A stretch of 64,000 bases of DNA from Podarcis muralis (lineage: Eukaryota). Shown piece after piece: positions 24,171 through 37,400 of the stretch (its first letter is position 1; each line of letters begins with the position of its first letter). The stretch covers positions 29,636,001 to 29,700,000 of the forward strand of contig NC_135673.1 in the NCBI RefSeq assembly GCF_964188315.1. The letters run 5' to 3'. The notes under the pieces are model-generated. The model searched no databases and was not told where the DNA came from. It worked only from the letters and a program-made list of their open reading frames with translations. The translations under genes were made by a program, and so were the position numbers.

Positions 24171-25424
24171 GCCATCTACCTAAATCCCATACATGGGAAC
24201 TGTCTACCCACAAAGCCACCATCTCACCAGTATTCAGCTTCAGTTTGTTGGTTCTTATCATAGCCTCCAGGTATGCAGACAGGCACTACAGTGCCATGTG
24301 CCCAGTGGTGGCTGGTGCCTATTGGAACTGGTAGGGTGGAAGACAGAGAAGTCAACTGCCTGTGACAGGCAGAGATGACTAATTCTAGTCTGTCCGTCCC
24401 CATCATCCTCCCTGAGGTCCACAAGCAGAGGTGGATTTCAGGGAGGGTGACTGACTCACTCGCAGTGGGCGCAGAGCCCTAGGAGCACCAAATTTTAGCG
24501 TCACATAGGATAGGGCACAGCTGAAATTTGAAACCCCAAGGTCCTCCACTGCTACAAGGGTAAAACTAAGGAGGAGGAAGCAGACAGTGCGTTCCCTGTC
24601 TGGTTGTCAATAAGAAGGCAGGCAAGCAGCTGAGGGCAGGCTGAAGTTGGTGAGGCAGTTCTTCATTTCCCCAAATGAGTCAATCTCCATCGCATGTATC
24701 ACAATCTGCTGCTCATGCATGGCATCAAACAGAGCAATCTCAGGCAGCTTCCAGAACCCAGTGCCCTGGCACAGCTCATTACTGATACCTGTCCTGTTCT
24801 CAACTATGTTATCCCTCCCCCAGGGATTTGGATCAATGCTGGGCAGTTTTCCTAGCATCTCAGTTCCTGCAGAACATTCTTTGCTTCTCCGAAGGGCTTT
24901 ATGGATCACCCCCTTCCTTCAAAGAGAAGTAAACAACTAGAGCTCGGAAGATGTGTAAGTGGCAGGAGGGCATAATTAGCTAACAATTCTATTCTGGCTA
25001 TGCAAAATTTACAGCGAGTTTCCGGCCACGGTTGAAAATTGATGTTCCTCATCATTGCGTCTTACATGTTTATGCACATCTAGGAAAAAGTATGTATGTT
25101 TGATAGAAAATATTCTTCCCTTTGAAGCTGTCTTTGACTCAAAGCTATGGGGGGGATAATTAAAAATGGTACAAGCTCCAGTTTTTGAAGAAAGTACACA
25201 GTGCCCACAGGAAGGTGAGTCATACCTGATGGAGTTCATTTTTTAAAAAAAAAAAACTAATGAAAACATTTTATCTGAAAAACTTAAATGCATCAGGAAA
25301 TAAATACGAGTTTTTACATTAGGGTTCAATACTAATTGTTGGTGGTTTGTACACAAGACTTATTGTCCTTGAGTTTAAATGCTCAAAACACACTGGGCAA
25401 TAAACTACACATAAGAACACTGAA

Positions 25425-25705
25425 TAACTCAGTTGATTAGAGCGTGCTGTTTATAATGCCAAGGTCACAGGTTTGATTCCTGTATGGGACAGCTGCATAT
25501 TCCTGCATTGCAGCAAGTTGGACTAGATCAGGCATAGGCAAACTCTGACCCTCCAGATGTTTGGAACTACAATTCCCATCATCCCTGACCACTGGTCCTG
25601 TTAGCTAGGGATGATGGGAATTGTAGTCCCAAACATCTGGAAGGCTGGAGTTTGCCTATGCCTGGACTAGATGATCCCTTCCAACTCTACAATTCTATAA
25701 TTCTA
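25425..25705 (+). mobile_element. tRNA-derived SINE with CR1-like tail, interrupted by a hAT MITE
   Basis: Head taactcagttgattagagc...ggtttgattcc; body ttcctgcattgcag...ggactagat; tail ccaactctacaattctat. Confidence 0.7.
25529..25664. mobile_element. hAT (Charlie-like) MITE, 136 bp
   Basis: TIR caggcataggcaaactc / gagtttgcctatgcctg; TSD gactagat at 25521-25528 and 25665-25672. Confidence 0.93.
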
Positions 25706-26814
25706 GAAACAAAGGAACCTGCCTTATACTGAGTCAGGACACTGTTCCATCCAGCTCGTTATTGTCTACACTGATTAGCAGTGGCTGTTTAGGATTTCAC
25801 ACAGAGGACACTCCAAGCCCTTCCTGGAGATGCAAGGGATTGACCCTGGGGCATAGCAGATGCTCTGCCAATGAGCTACAGCCCTTTCCCAATGTGCACA
25901 ACTGTGTCCATTGAAATTCTCAACACTATTTCTGAGCAGAAAAATCGGGAGCCAGGCTATTTCACTAAATTTATCCACGGGGGGGCAGAGAAACCTGTTA
26001 GCAGTTTATTGGGGGTCTTCTCCCTATCAGCAGTGGCTGTAGTACAGATTCTCACTTTCCCTCTAAGGTTCCACCCCCCAGTCCCCTTGCCACTGCAAGC
26101 GATTGTAACAGCAACAGTATTGGCAGCTTGGATGTCATTTTTGCTTCCTCCGTTGTGCCACTGCCTAGGTGTCATTCCAAGATGCAGGGATGATGTGGGG
26201 AGTGGAGAAGGCAGCCACTATGAATTTTATTTTTTTAAATACTGGAGAATTGGGGCAGGGGGAGAAAAAGAAAGAGGCAGAAATTGTCCCATAAAAGTGT
26301 CTTCTAAGGCACTTCATCTACGATCTAACAATTTGTCTGCTCTGCACCTTCGTGGTAACCTCCCCTTTCCTTTTTGCTATATTGGTGCCTTCCTTTCTTC
26401 ACTGTAGAGGCCAAGCAAGTCACACATTGTAACTACAACTGAGCCAGAAGATCTTAACAGAAATTGTTTTGCTTGAAAGTGGGACAAAAGTTTCACAAAA
26501 CTGCCTCCCCTACACTCACGTTTTTCAATACCACCAGTGCTTTTTTCCCCTGGAGGGATGAAGGGGTATACATACCCCTAAGCATTTTGTGAATCTTTGT
26601 ACTTTTGTCCATTTACAGTATTTATTTTTCCAGATTTGAACTATAAAATTGTGATTTTGCTCTGAAACATTTTTTTTTAAAGAAAAAAAGCACTGAATAC
26701 CACTACCAGTTTTGTGGTCCAGGAGAAAATGAGTGCACTCTCTGTTGTTGTTGTTGTTGGCTATTGCCCGCCCCCCCCCCCCCTTCCATCAAGACTTCCT
26801 GCTTCTGGAAGCTT

Positions 26815-26921
26815 ATAATGTTTGATGTGTTGTTGTTTTTTCCTCTTTATTTTGTTGGAAGCCGCCCAGAGTGGCTGGGGCAACCCAGTCAGATAGGTGA
26901 TGTATAATTAATTAATTAATT

Positions 26922-26966
<45 letters not shown>
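26815..26966 (+). mobile_element. L2-type 3' end with AT-rich/(TAA)n tail
   Basis: ggaagccgcccagagtggctggggcaacccagtcagat followed by TAA repeats. Confidence 0.75.
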
Positions 26967-26968
<2 letters not shown>

Positions 26969-27174
26969 CAAAAACCACTGCTCTCACTTGGATTTGGCTT
27001 CATGATGACTTGTGGCTTCATAATGAAGCATCAGAAACTGCTTCCTGACCTCACTCTAGAGCCTTGTGGGAGACAATCATTGTGCCACAAGGCCCATTGT
27101 GCCATCATGTCACCGACCAGGTATGCAATGCCTACTGTTAATAAGTTTACCCCATACTTTACCTCTGTTCACAC

Positions 27175-27720
27175 CTTTGAAGGTGACCCAGAAACTGCAA
27201 CTAATCCAGAATGCAGCAGCTAGACTGGTGACTGGGGGCGGCCGCCGAGACCATATAACACCAGTCTTGAAAGACCTACATTGGCTCCCAGTACGTTTCT
27301 GAGCACAATTCAAAGTGTTGGTGCTGACCTTTAAAGCCCTAAACGGCCTCGGTCCAGTATATCTGAAGGAGCATCTCCACCCACATCGTTTAGCCCGCAC
27401 ACTGAGATCCAGCGCTGAGGGCCTTCTGGCGGTTCCCTCATTGCGAGAAGTGAGGTTACAGGGAACCAGACAGAGGGCCTTCTCAGTAGTGGCGCCCACC
27501 CTGTGGAACACCCTCCCTTCAGATGTGAAGGAAATAAGCAGCTATCTTCTCTTTAAAAGACATCTGAGGGCAGCCCTGTTTAGGGAAGTTTTTAATATTT
27601 AATACTGTACTGTTTTTAACACTTGATTGGGAGCCGCCCAGAGTGGCTGGGGAAACTCAGCCAGATGGGCAGGGTATAAATAATAAAGTATAATTATTAT
27701 TTTTATTCTTATTCTTATTA
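27175..27720 (+). mobile_element. L2 LINE 3' fragment (young)
   Basis: LKVTQKLQLIQNAAARLVTGGGRRDHITPVLKDLHWLPVRF and VLTFKALNGLGPVYLKEHL...; 3' UTR shared with 10795-10938. Confidence 0.92.
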
Positions 27721-30581
27721 TCCCCTCAACATCACTGAACCTGTCCCCCTCCCCCCAAAGAAAACCTTTTGTGCACCCAACAAACAGGATGACAAAGTTT
27801 GGGGTACATTTTGACTCAGCCCCCAACTGTAAAAGCGCTGCACTAAAAATATGCTCCAAAATGCAGAAAATAGGCCCTTTTCTCTCTCTTGTGACCACAG
27901 GACAGCCCTTTTGAGGGATGGGGGAAACGAGTTAGGCAATGTTTCTGTTATTTATACATGGCAGGCGCCCCTCACCTCATCAAAAGATGGCTACATTTTT
28001 GTAATCTCTTTTTCTGTCAATAAATATAACTCATTAAATCTGTGGGCTAGGCAGCTTGTTACTCAGAATGCCTCATTATCTGAAATTGGGTTACGTCCCA
28101 TGACAAGCCACATTTGTATCCAAGACCCTTATTTAACCACATAGATGCTGCTGTCATCTGTATAATAATCACCATTCTGATAGCCAGCATTGAGAAGAGA
28201 AGCCATTGGCCATGTCCATTTTAATGAACCAACAAAAACGCTCTTATCAAGACTGAGAGACATCTAAGATGACCTTTCATGTGTGTATGAAGAACACCTC
28301 AAAAATTGTTGTTTTGAAGCATTCCACCAGAGTTTGTAGACAAGAAATGTAGTGACAAGAACTAGTGTCAGACACAAAGCAGTGAAGCAGAGATGAATTG
28401 ATAGCACCAGTGGTTAATAATAATAATAATAGTGACCTCCACTTGTAGAGACAGTAGATTGCTAGCATCTAGGAATGCACAACCAGGGGTGGACGTTGCA
28501 GTCATGCCTCCCCAGTGAAGGCTGATCACTAGAGAAGATGGGGCACTACCCTACCTTCCTTAGAGCTAGACCAGGAGGTGGTACTGCCTTTCAGCTTGCT
28601 CTTCCTTAGTCTCATTGCTACCCTTGCCGATTCCAGTATCCATACAGACAAGACCAGACCTGGAGGCAGGGATAGTCCTCAAATAACGACTAAACCTGCC
28701 TCCTCGGTAATGACATGGTCTGGTCTTAGCGTAACTCCTCCTCCTACCCGTGATCATTGAGATCAGTTGTCCCATATATAAACATTTGAAAGTAAACCGC
28801 TTTAACCAGGATTTTTGTACCAGCTTACAGAGCAAAGAGAAGCAATTTCACATTTAGTGTTTTGCTGTAAAGTGCAGCTCCTGGCCTGGCTACCTTTCAT
28901 TACCTGCAGCTGTGGGGTGGATAATGGATGGATAATAGTAATAGCACACTGTATACTGGGGAAGCGTTCAATAAATAAATGGGCAATGATAATAAAGCAT
29001 AATGTTCAACAGGTGGGGAAATAAGCCTCTTATCGTTGAATCCTATATAGCAATTGCCGTGCAGATGAACCTAATGAGTGGGTGTTTGTGGCTTTTTGCC
29101 GCTACAGTCTTTTAAATGACAACTCGGCATGGACGTGGGAGATTTGCATTCAAATCCTCAACACAGTGTGGAATTTAATGGTACATTCAGGAGAGTTTGT
29201 GGTGAGGAAGGGGAAGTAAGAACTGCGCTACACTGTAATGAAAACCATTACAAAAATTATTCATCCAATAAGTTGTTTTGGGCCGGCCAAAGACATTTTA
29301 TAGGTATCACTACAATGCCCGTTAAGTAGAGACCTTACAAAATTGCACTCAGTGTCTTGCAAAATATCACAGGGCCAAACTATATGTGATGTTACTCTTA
29401 AGCTTTAAATGAATGTGCCTAACCTAGCTGGTTTTATATTGGAGAGAAATCAGCTGCCGGGCCTCAAGGCGGGATATGCTACCATCCCGGAGTGGATTCA
29501 TTAGCCAGGTTTTTTCTCACTGTCTGTGTGTGCTGGTAATTCCCTCTTGCCTGCCTCCAGACATGCTGTTTATAGAAAACAGTGCTTTGGGAGCAAGACG
29601 CAGACTTAGAAAGATTTCCAGTGGAAAGCCGGCACAAGGCCCTGATCCATATTGGAAGCATGCTCTGGATCAGGAACCTATAGCTGCTTCTGCTACAAAA
29701 TAAAATCAGCCAGCATAAGAACACACATTTATACACATGAGAAAATCACAAATAACTTGTCTCTGTGACAAAGAAACTCTGCATGCTAAAGGCAGATTTG
29801 TGGTGGGTATATGTGGACTAAGAATTCAAGGATCCAAAGAAGGTAAGTGCAGACAAATGTTTCTAATTCCACAAAGTGCAAGGTACATGTCAGAGCCAGC
29901 TGTGAGAACCAGTCAGCAAGATCTATTAAAATGTAATCCTTGGAATCTGATGTGGCAAGACCTACTTCTTCCTCACCTAGACTCCCTCCACTGAATGACC
30001 TGGAAATGAATCATCTGTGTAAAGAGGTAAAGGGCAAAGAGGTAAAGTATTCAGATCGTCCTTCATCCCTATTTACTCTTCTTGAGATGCGGCACTCTCA
30101 TGGCCTGTCTTTGGTACAGATCTAGTCTCTCTTTAGTGAATAATTAATCTTCTTGGGGACAAGGCCGCATATACTTCAGGGTAGGCAGAAATCAAGAGGA
30201 AGGCTGCTTTTCACAGTTTCTGGGAACTTTGGATGGTCTCACCTGTACTGTGTTGTCTCCTTCCAAGAAAAGTAACATCATCCCTTCCATCTTCCAGTAA
30301 CATCATCCCCTCCATCTTCCAGAGGAAGGTCTATTTATGCTTACAGTTGGGCTTCTTGGACTGAATGAGACATATGACTTTTAATAAACATCCTCCTATT
30401 AATTCTGAGCAGCCAGGTGCTACAGAATGAGGAACTCCTAGTTAGATCGAGAGGATAGATCCTGTGCGTGAGAATCTGTTATGACCAGAACCTGCTGTGC
30501 GGTACAGTTGGAAACAGGATCCAACATGAACAGTAGTCGTGGAATTGAGACTCACAAGAACATGTGGATCAACACCTAGAT

Positions 30582-30717
30582 CAGGCTTCCTCAACCTCGG
30601 CTCTCCAGATGTTTTTGGCCTACAACTCCCATGATCCCTAGCTAGCAGGACCAGTGGTCAAGGATGATGGGAATTGTAGTCTCAAAACATCTGGAGGGCC
30701 AAGGTTGAGGAAGGCTG
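30582..30717. mobile_element. hAT (Charlie-like) MITE, 136 bp
   Basis: Same family as 11408-11543; TSD acctagat at 30574-30581 and 30718-30725. Confidence 0.93.
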
Positions 30718-30769
30718 ACCTAGATCCCCACTTGGGAAGAAAACCTGCTGGGCTTGTGAACATGGATAG

Positions 30770-31199
30770 CAGACTTTTCAACCTTTTTGAGTCCATGGCT
30801 CCCTTGACCAATGACATTCTTTCTGCGGCACTCCTGTAGGGCTCAGGAGCCCAGTAATGTCACCCCTTGTCTGCAGAGCTAGCAGCCTCTCACCCTTTTT
30901 CGAACACACTCCCTTATGGAGTGTTTCCTCAGTCTCCTCTCCTTGGGAGTCCTCCGGGCAGCTGCCACCCCTAGTCTCTGAGCTGCACCCCCATCCCACC
31001 TCTAAAAGAGGTGCCTTCAAGTGGTACCATTAACCAGCAGAGCTTATAGCCAGGGCTGCTGCAACAAACAGCTGTGCAAGCCTTTGGGAGGCAGAGACAT
31101 GAGAGAGCATCAGAGGAGGAAGGGAAGAGGGACAGAGGCCAGTGTCTGGCACCCCATTCAAGGCACCCCAGGTGCCATGGCACTGGTTGAAAACCACTG
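30770..31199. mobile_element. Older non-autonomous hAT element, about 430 bp
   Basis: Degenerate TIR cagacttttcaacc / ggttgaaaaccactg; TSD atggatag / atgtatag (7 of 8 match). Confidence 0.65.
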
Positions 31200-33699
31200 A
31201 TGTATAGTATTTCCCATCAATTCATACTAGGATTGGAGCCTGTCCCCCAGCACTATACATGTACCCCTGAACTGGGGGTGATACAGGCAATACTCTATGC
31301 CAGTGGCATGTGCCATGCTCAATTTGTAGTGGCGGGGTGTGCTGCAGGGGGTGGCAGCAGCAGCAACAACTGGTGTACTAGACAGCTGCAAAGCATAGGG
31401 CATGGGTGATTCTTCCTCTTTCTGTCATCTCAAGGCTTTATCCCGTATTTTAAGCCTCCAGGGTGGGTTTTATTTATTTATTTGGGCAATTTATATACCG
31501 CTTTTATGTTAACAGATCTCTAAGCAGTTTACACCATAGGCTATTAAATAAAAGGCCAATAGTAATCTGGAAAACCTCTTGTGTACTAAAATAATCATTA
31601 CACATAAAAACAAAAAACAAACATTATCTCAGAGAATCCTTGTCCTTGAGTGAGGATAGGTGGAGGCATTACCCTGGATGGCCTATGACTTTCCTGGCCT
31701 ATTGAGGTGCAGTGCCTATGAAAATGGATAGCAGATCTACAGCCATGGTGCTTCCTGCTTAATTGCACCACTCCAGTAAGAACACTGTCCAGTAAGGCTT
31801 CTGACTTCAGTGGTATCTTCCTACAATCTTGTCTAGCCAGTCTAAATTGGCATGGTGCAGGAACAGGGAAAGGAAACATCTGCAAGCTGCTCCTATAAGG
31901 TAATAATGAAGCTGAGAAAAGCATTACCAAAGAGCTTCCAGGAGCTCAAGAACCTTCAGTGGGGCTTCACATTTGACTTTTCTTGACTCACAGGAGAGCA
32001 GCAGGATCTGTGTCCTCCTGCAACCATCTGGGAAGGCAGGAGACATGGCCATGAAGCAGGAACAGCAACAGAGCTGCAGAGAGCAATAGAGGATCAGTGG
32101 CCCGAGATTGCGTGTCTCAGCTTGCTGAAAGCAAAATAGAGGGAAGGCCGGAGTGAGAAGGTGGTTTGAACAGAAGGAAAGGAGCTCATCTCTTATTAAA
32201 TATTTATTTAGACGTCTTTTGTCCTCATTATATCCCACTTCTCCGCAAGTCTGTTTAATGCAACTTTCTCTTCTGGGCTGATATGTACCACTGGAAAATG
32301 AATAGGTAGAAGGGGGAAAGAAGTATTTTTGGGGAACTTTCAATCTTTGACTTGGGTCAGAATGCTAAAAACAAAAAAACCCACCCAACACCTTCCTCCT
32401 AGTAACTACATTGGGGAATATCTGATTTAAAGAAGTGGTTAGTTTGTTTCCAACATCAGCCCCAGCACAAACTCCTCCATCCCCCACAAAATAAAGCAAA
32501 ACCAACCTCAACCTCAACCTCACTAAGATTGGGGTGAGCACCCTGGAATATATGGTCAAGAATGAACATTAACATAAGAGGTGAAAACCCTGCACCACTA
32601 CTTCAACACATAAGTTCACTACTTGGTGGGTAGTACTTTATATAAATATCACCATCTTCACAATTTATCACTATTCCTCCTACTCCTATGATGACAGAGT
32701 TCAAAAATGTGAGATTCAGATTTTACTTCGTGATGAACTCATACAAGGCCAATGATTGAGAATATAGAAACTGAAAACTTCATGTAGGAAAACGAATCAC
32801 TTAGCCTTTATTGAATTTCTTCAGTCTTTCATACTTGGTAGATATAGAAAAATATCCTTAAGTGTAATAGACAAAAGGTAGCAAAGACAGTTAGCCCTTT
32901 ATGCTAACCAATTTGACTTAATAGATACAAGTTTGTAACAAACAAATTCAATTTATTAATTAAAGTTTTGTGAAACTATATCCAGAAAACTTAGGAAACA
33001 AAAAAACAGTGACCATTTCTGGAATTATTAAAAAGCGTGCATTTCAGTGTGGATGCATTAACTTTAAAAAGGAAAAACATAGTAAGAAAAGGGGGGGGGG
33101 AGATGCAGTTATACAGAATGGATACATTAGAAAAACAATATTTAACCAAAATAGGTGACTTAAAAACTATTCAGTAACTGAAATACAATATTCATATTTA
33201 ATTTTAAAGTGTGGACCAAATCAAACTTGGTAAACTATCTGTTGATAAGTTAAAAATTCTATGGCACAAATTTTCACAAAAAAGTTAAGGCAGCAACCAA
33301 CAGTTTATATAAAAATAGCTGAGTAGGTTTCTAATGAATGAAATAACCTTTGTTGTGTGATGGATTTTGTTAATACAAGATTATAAATATCCTTACATAT
33401 ATATACACACAAAAACAAGATCAATACAAATGGATGGAATCCATCTTTCAATAAACCAAGATCTTATGTCCTGGGTTACAGTGGAGGTACTCAAGTTAAA
33501 TATCTGTCATAATTCTTCTTGCTACACATACCATTTACATGTCATAAAATTGCAATACAAATACTGAGTTTCATAAGAGAAAATCAGTTTTGAAATCACA
33601 CTAAATTTACAAAACTTACCCAAACTGGCCCAACGGACATTATGTTAAAGATATATTCACTTCAACTTCGTTGGCACATTTTAATAGTATACTAGTATG

Positions 33700-33708
<9 letters not shown>

Positions 33709-33755
<47 letters not shown>
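33709..33755. repeat. (TA)n microsatellite
   Basis: Direct reading. Confidence 0.95.
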
Positions 33756-33759
<4 letters not shown>

Positions 33760-36700
33760 CACAACACAAAATGCAGAAAAACCATCAGAAGCTTTCAAAA
33801 TAAATTGAAGTCAAGTGTTATTACAGCAAACAAAAGAAAAAGAAATTGGGAACTTTACAAGGGTAGCTTACGTACTGAGAATGCATTGACCATTTTGTGC
33901 TGGGACCACCTCCACAGCTGCTAGCAGCTTAACAATGAACAGAGTGAAGATTGTTCGCACTAAACAGTTATACAGTATGCTCATTTTTGTATTAAAAAAA
34001 TCCCAAATTTGTTTTGCATATAGCTAGATACGGAGTGATCCAGTTAATAACAGACAGCGGGGTAGGGAAAGGACGTGAGAGCTTTTGCATTTGAATATTC
34101 ACCAACTCTTATAAAAATGACATTATCTTTCTTTCAGCTGCAGTCTCCTGCTTTCCATGTACTGTACGCATAAGCAGGAGATAGTCCTCTGGCGGCAAGA
34201 TTACAACAACACAAGGAGCTGAAAGGGCAAGGAGCTAATACTTGAATCTCTTTCCCTTGATCTCCTTACCCCAGGAAAAAAAGCATTTTCAACAGCTGGG
34301 AAGCACAGCAAATTGCTGACTCCCGCTCCTTTAGTTACTCAAAGCTTTGCTGCCTGCCTTCCATGCTGGGGGCAGCGGTGAGGAGGGCAGAGCAGACTTT
34401 CATTTCTGCACAGATGTGTCTCTTCCAAGCAAATGTTCAGTCAGCAGATTCCACGCACTCTCTGCCAGTGCCACAGTGACACATTTGCCAACACATGTTA
34501 TTAGGTTACAGGATGTTAGATATAGGTGTATCTGAATTGTGCTCCTTTAAAACCAACCTCAAACCTTGGCATTAGTTCAATGTTCTCTTCTATAGTTAAA
34601 AGACAACCTTTGCAATGTCCGAGTCCCAATGAAATCAACTTAAGACCAAAGTCTTAAGGACCTCACCGTGGCATGTCTCGTTGATTTCAACAAGCCCGAA
34701 GCACACCACCTTTTTCTCAATTGTCTTGGTGACTCTGACATACTGGGATCATAGTTGATCGCAAGCACTTCATTTTCAAGCGCAGCCAGATAAAAGGCCA
34801 AAACCATAATACAGTCCAGCAAATGGAGGGCACATCATGCACCCTCTCTTGCTTAGAAAATATCATTAATTCATTCAACTGGTCAGTTCTTTTTAAACAC
34901 CTGATCTAACTCCTCCAAATGTTCTAGGTGGGGAGGAGAACTAAATGCACTATTTTAGGAGGCTGCTCTATGAATACCTATGAATTTTATGCAGAGGAAA
35001 AGTGGATGAGAGTCATTTAAAAAATTGCAAACCCTTTTTTTTTTCTTTTTTAACTAGTCACTTTTATATCACATATACTACCTTTGACAACAAATTAAGC
35101 TCCAACCTACACATTGACATGGGTGGGCAGAGGCTTTCTGTGTTCTTCATAAAGCGTCAGTGAGTTTTGGTAGAACTACACTGGATTTTAAACTATTCTG
35201 TGCCCTCTTGGCTTTTTTTTAAAAAAGCTACAGGAATGTTGGGTGAGGCACAGCCAGTGCTGAGGGTGGGCTAGTTTGGGCCCAAGAGGTAGGTGGAGCC
35301 TATTGTACAGGCTAGAAAAAGGGAGCATTTAACAAGAGGAAAGACTCTTCAACTGAAGAAAACTCCTCTACATGGCAAGGGAGGCGACTAGGGAGGAAGA
35401 AGTTGCTTTTTACCTGTTTCCAAACTAACTGGCATCTCCAGCTAAGAGATTTCTATGGGGAAAGTAGCAGGAAGAGCTGGATAATTACAAAAGGTAGAGT
35501 TCGGTCTCATCGATAGTGTGGAATTAACTCCAGCCACCTGCAACAAACACTGGAACAGCTACTCCAAGAGAAAGATGGAGGTTTGAGAAATACCTGCAGC
35601 TACCAGCTTATTTAGCATATCTGTTGCAGCTTTGAGGCACAATGCTGTGGGGAGCTTGTACAATTCTGTTCACCTCAATGGAAACATTCCCAGCAGTGCT
35701 TTGCCTTAACAATACAGTAATATTTCACGGTGGTTAAAAACACACACACACACACACACATACACCTGCCTATCAAATCAGCCATCAATTACCGTCATAG
35801 TGCTAACCATATTAGCAGAAGAAAAAATAGTTCAAATCTGTAACAGCAGTTATCTGGCCAGTTGGCCAACCTGTGGCCCTCCAAATGTTGCTGGATTCCA
35901 CCTCCCATCACCCCTAATCCTTGAACATGCTGGCTGAGGATGGAGGGAGTTGGGAGTCTCAGGTCAGCCACCCCAGATATAGGCAATGTTCAAAAAAAAG
36001 GCTGGTGTGTGTAAGGAAGTGACCATTGGCTGCAAGTCACTTATTGCCACAGGGTGGGGAATGTCACATTATAGTCTGGCATGGCCTCTAAGCGATGTCA
36101 TCTTGCAGAGGTAGCATGTAAAAAATGGCATGTGGTTTGCTTAAGTACTAGGTTGTTGTTGTTTTAATGCATTAAACTGTTCCACATTCCAGGTTCAGCT
36201 AGGAGGCATTAAACTAGCATGTGCTGATTTGTCCAAGCTATTCTTGCTATAGTCATCCGAATAAATCAGGATTTAAATTTATACCCCATCCATCCATAGT
36301 TAACATTAATTCATGAGCAGGGGAAGATTTTCCCAATGGTTCTCCAATGAAAATCAAACATTAATACCTTCTCTGTGAAAGCAAATAATACAATGCCAAA
36401 TATCAAAGACTATTCCAGTAGTTGTAATAGTTACGCAACTCAACCCTCATATAAATACCATCTGTATGAAATACGTTGGTTCGTGTGGTAAAGTCATTGG
36501 GTTCTTGCACATGGGGGACATCACCAAGGTAGAAAAGGTACCATACTCCGAAGTTAGTTCCCCAACTTACTCCCAGGTTAAGTGGGTACAGAATAGCATT
36601 TCTTTGTGGATTAGTCTTCACATAATGCAAGGATCTAAAAAGTGGGCCAAACTCAGATAGAAATAGGATGCAGGTGGCACAGCCAGAATGTTACCATTCT

Positions 36701-37261
36701 GGGTTTTTTAAAGAGAGAGAGATTGAGAGAGAGGGATTGAGAGTGTGCCAGCCACCCCTGCAGCTGTACAGAAAAGAAAATTACAGCAGCTGCAAGTGCC
36801 CTTATCCCCTACACAAGCCGATTCCACCAAAATTCCATTTTATAGAATTGTTAAAAGGGAGTCCTGACTTCCCTTGTGTCTGATCACCTGGGTTCATGTT
36901 AAAGGTTCGAGTAAAAAGACAAGTCCCGAATAGAACCTGATGGGTGTGGTGCAGGGAACGTACAACCCTCCAAGAGTTAGCTGGACTACAACTCCCATCC
37001 TGCCCCTGGACCATTGGAAGCGGCAAGGTGGGGTGGATGAGAGCTGGAGTCTAGCAGCATCTAGAGGGCCACAGGCTCTCCCCATAATGCCTGCTCTACT
37101 GAATATACAGGCTAACAAATTCGAACAGGCTTATGATCTGCTGCAAACTAACCTGAGTGTAGAAGGCTGGCACAGACAGTTAAATAAATAAAATAAATAG
37201 AAATAAATAAAAATGCATATTTGCATCACTTGAAGATTGCAAGACTCTTATCAAACAGCTA

Positions 37262-37400
37262 TTGCGGCTCAGTCACATCCATATAAAATACATTTTTGGG
37301 CTAAGTCAGGTCATACATTTCAGCTGCTGAAATTCCTGCATTGCAGGGGGTTGGACCCGATGACCCTTGGGTACCTTCCAACTCTAAGATTCCATGACAT
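37262..37400 (+). mobile_element. tRNA-derived SINE with CR1-like tail (degenerate)
   Basis: ttcctgcattgcagggggttggacccgatgacccttgggtaccttccaactctaagattc. Confidence 0.65.

Noticed and set aside
28481-28810. LTR-like segment bracketed by aaccagg
   Set aside because: The 7-bp repeat is plausible by chance, and there are no TG...CA termini or coding support.
30271-30322. 25-bp tandem duplication (also a 13-bp duplication near 45323-45350)
   Set aside because: Ordinary slippage duplications with no further structure.
1-32900. RPS6KA6 exons, expected from mammalian synteny
   Set aside because: No kinase-like or recognisable RSK N-terminal peptide was found on either strand.
34640-34822. Minus-strand ORF with a GTGAGG donor-like site
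   Set aside because: The peptide is unrecognised, there is no convincing acceptor, and it lies within the putative UTR.
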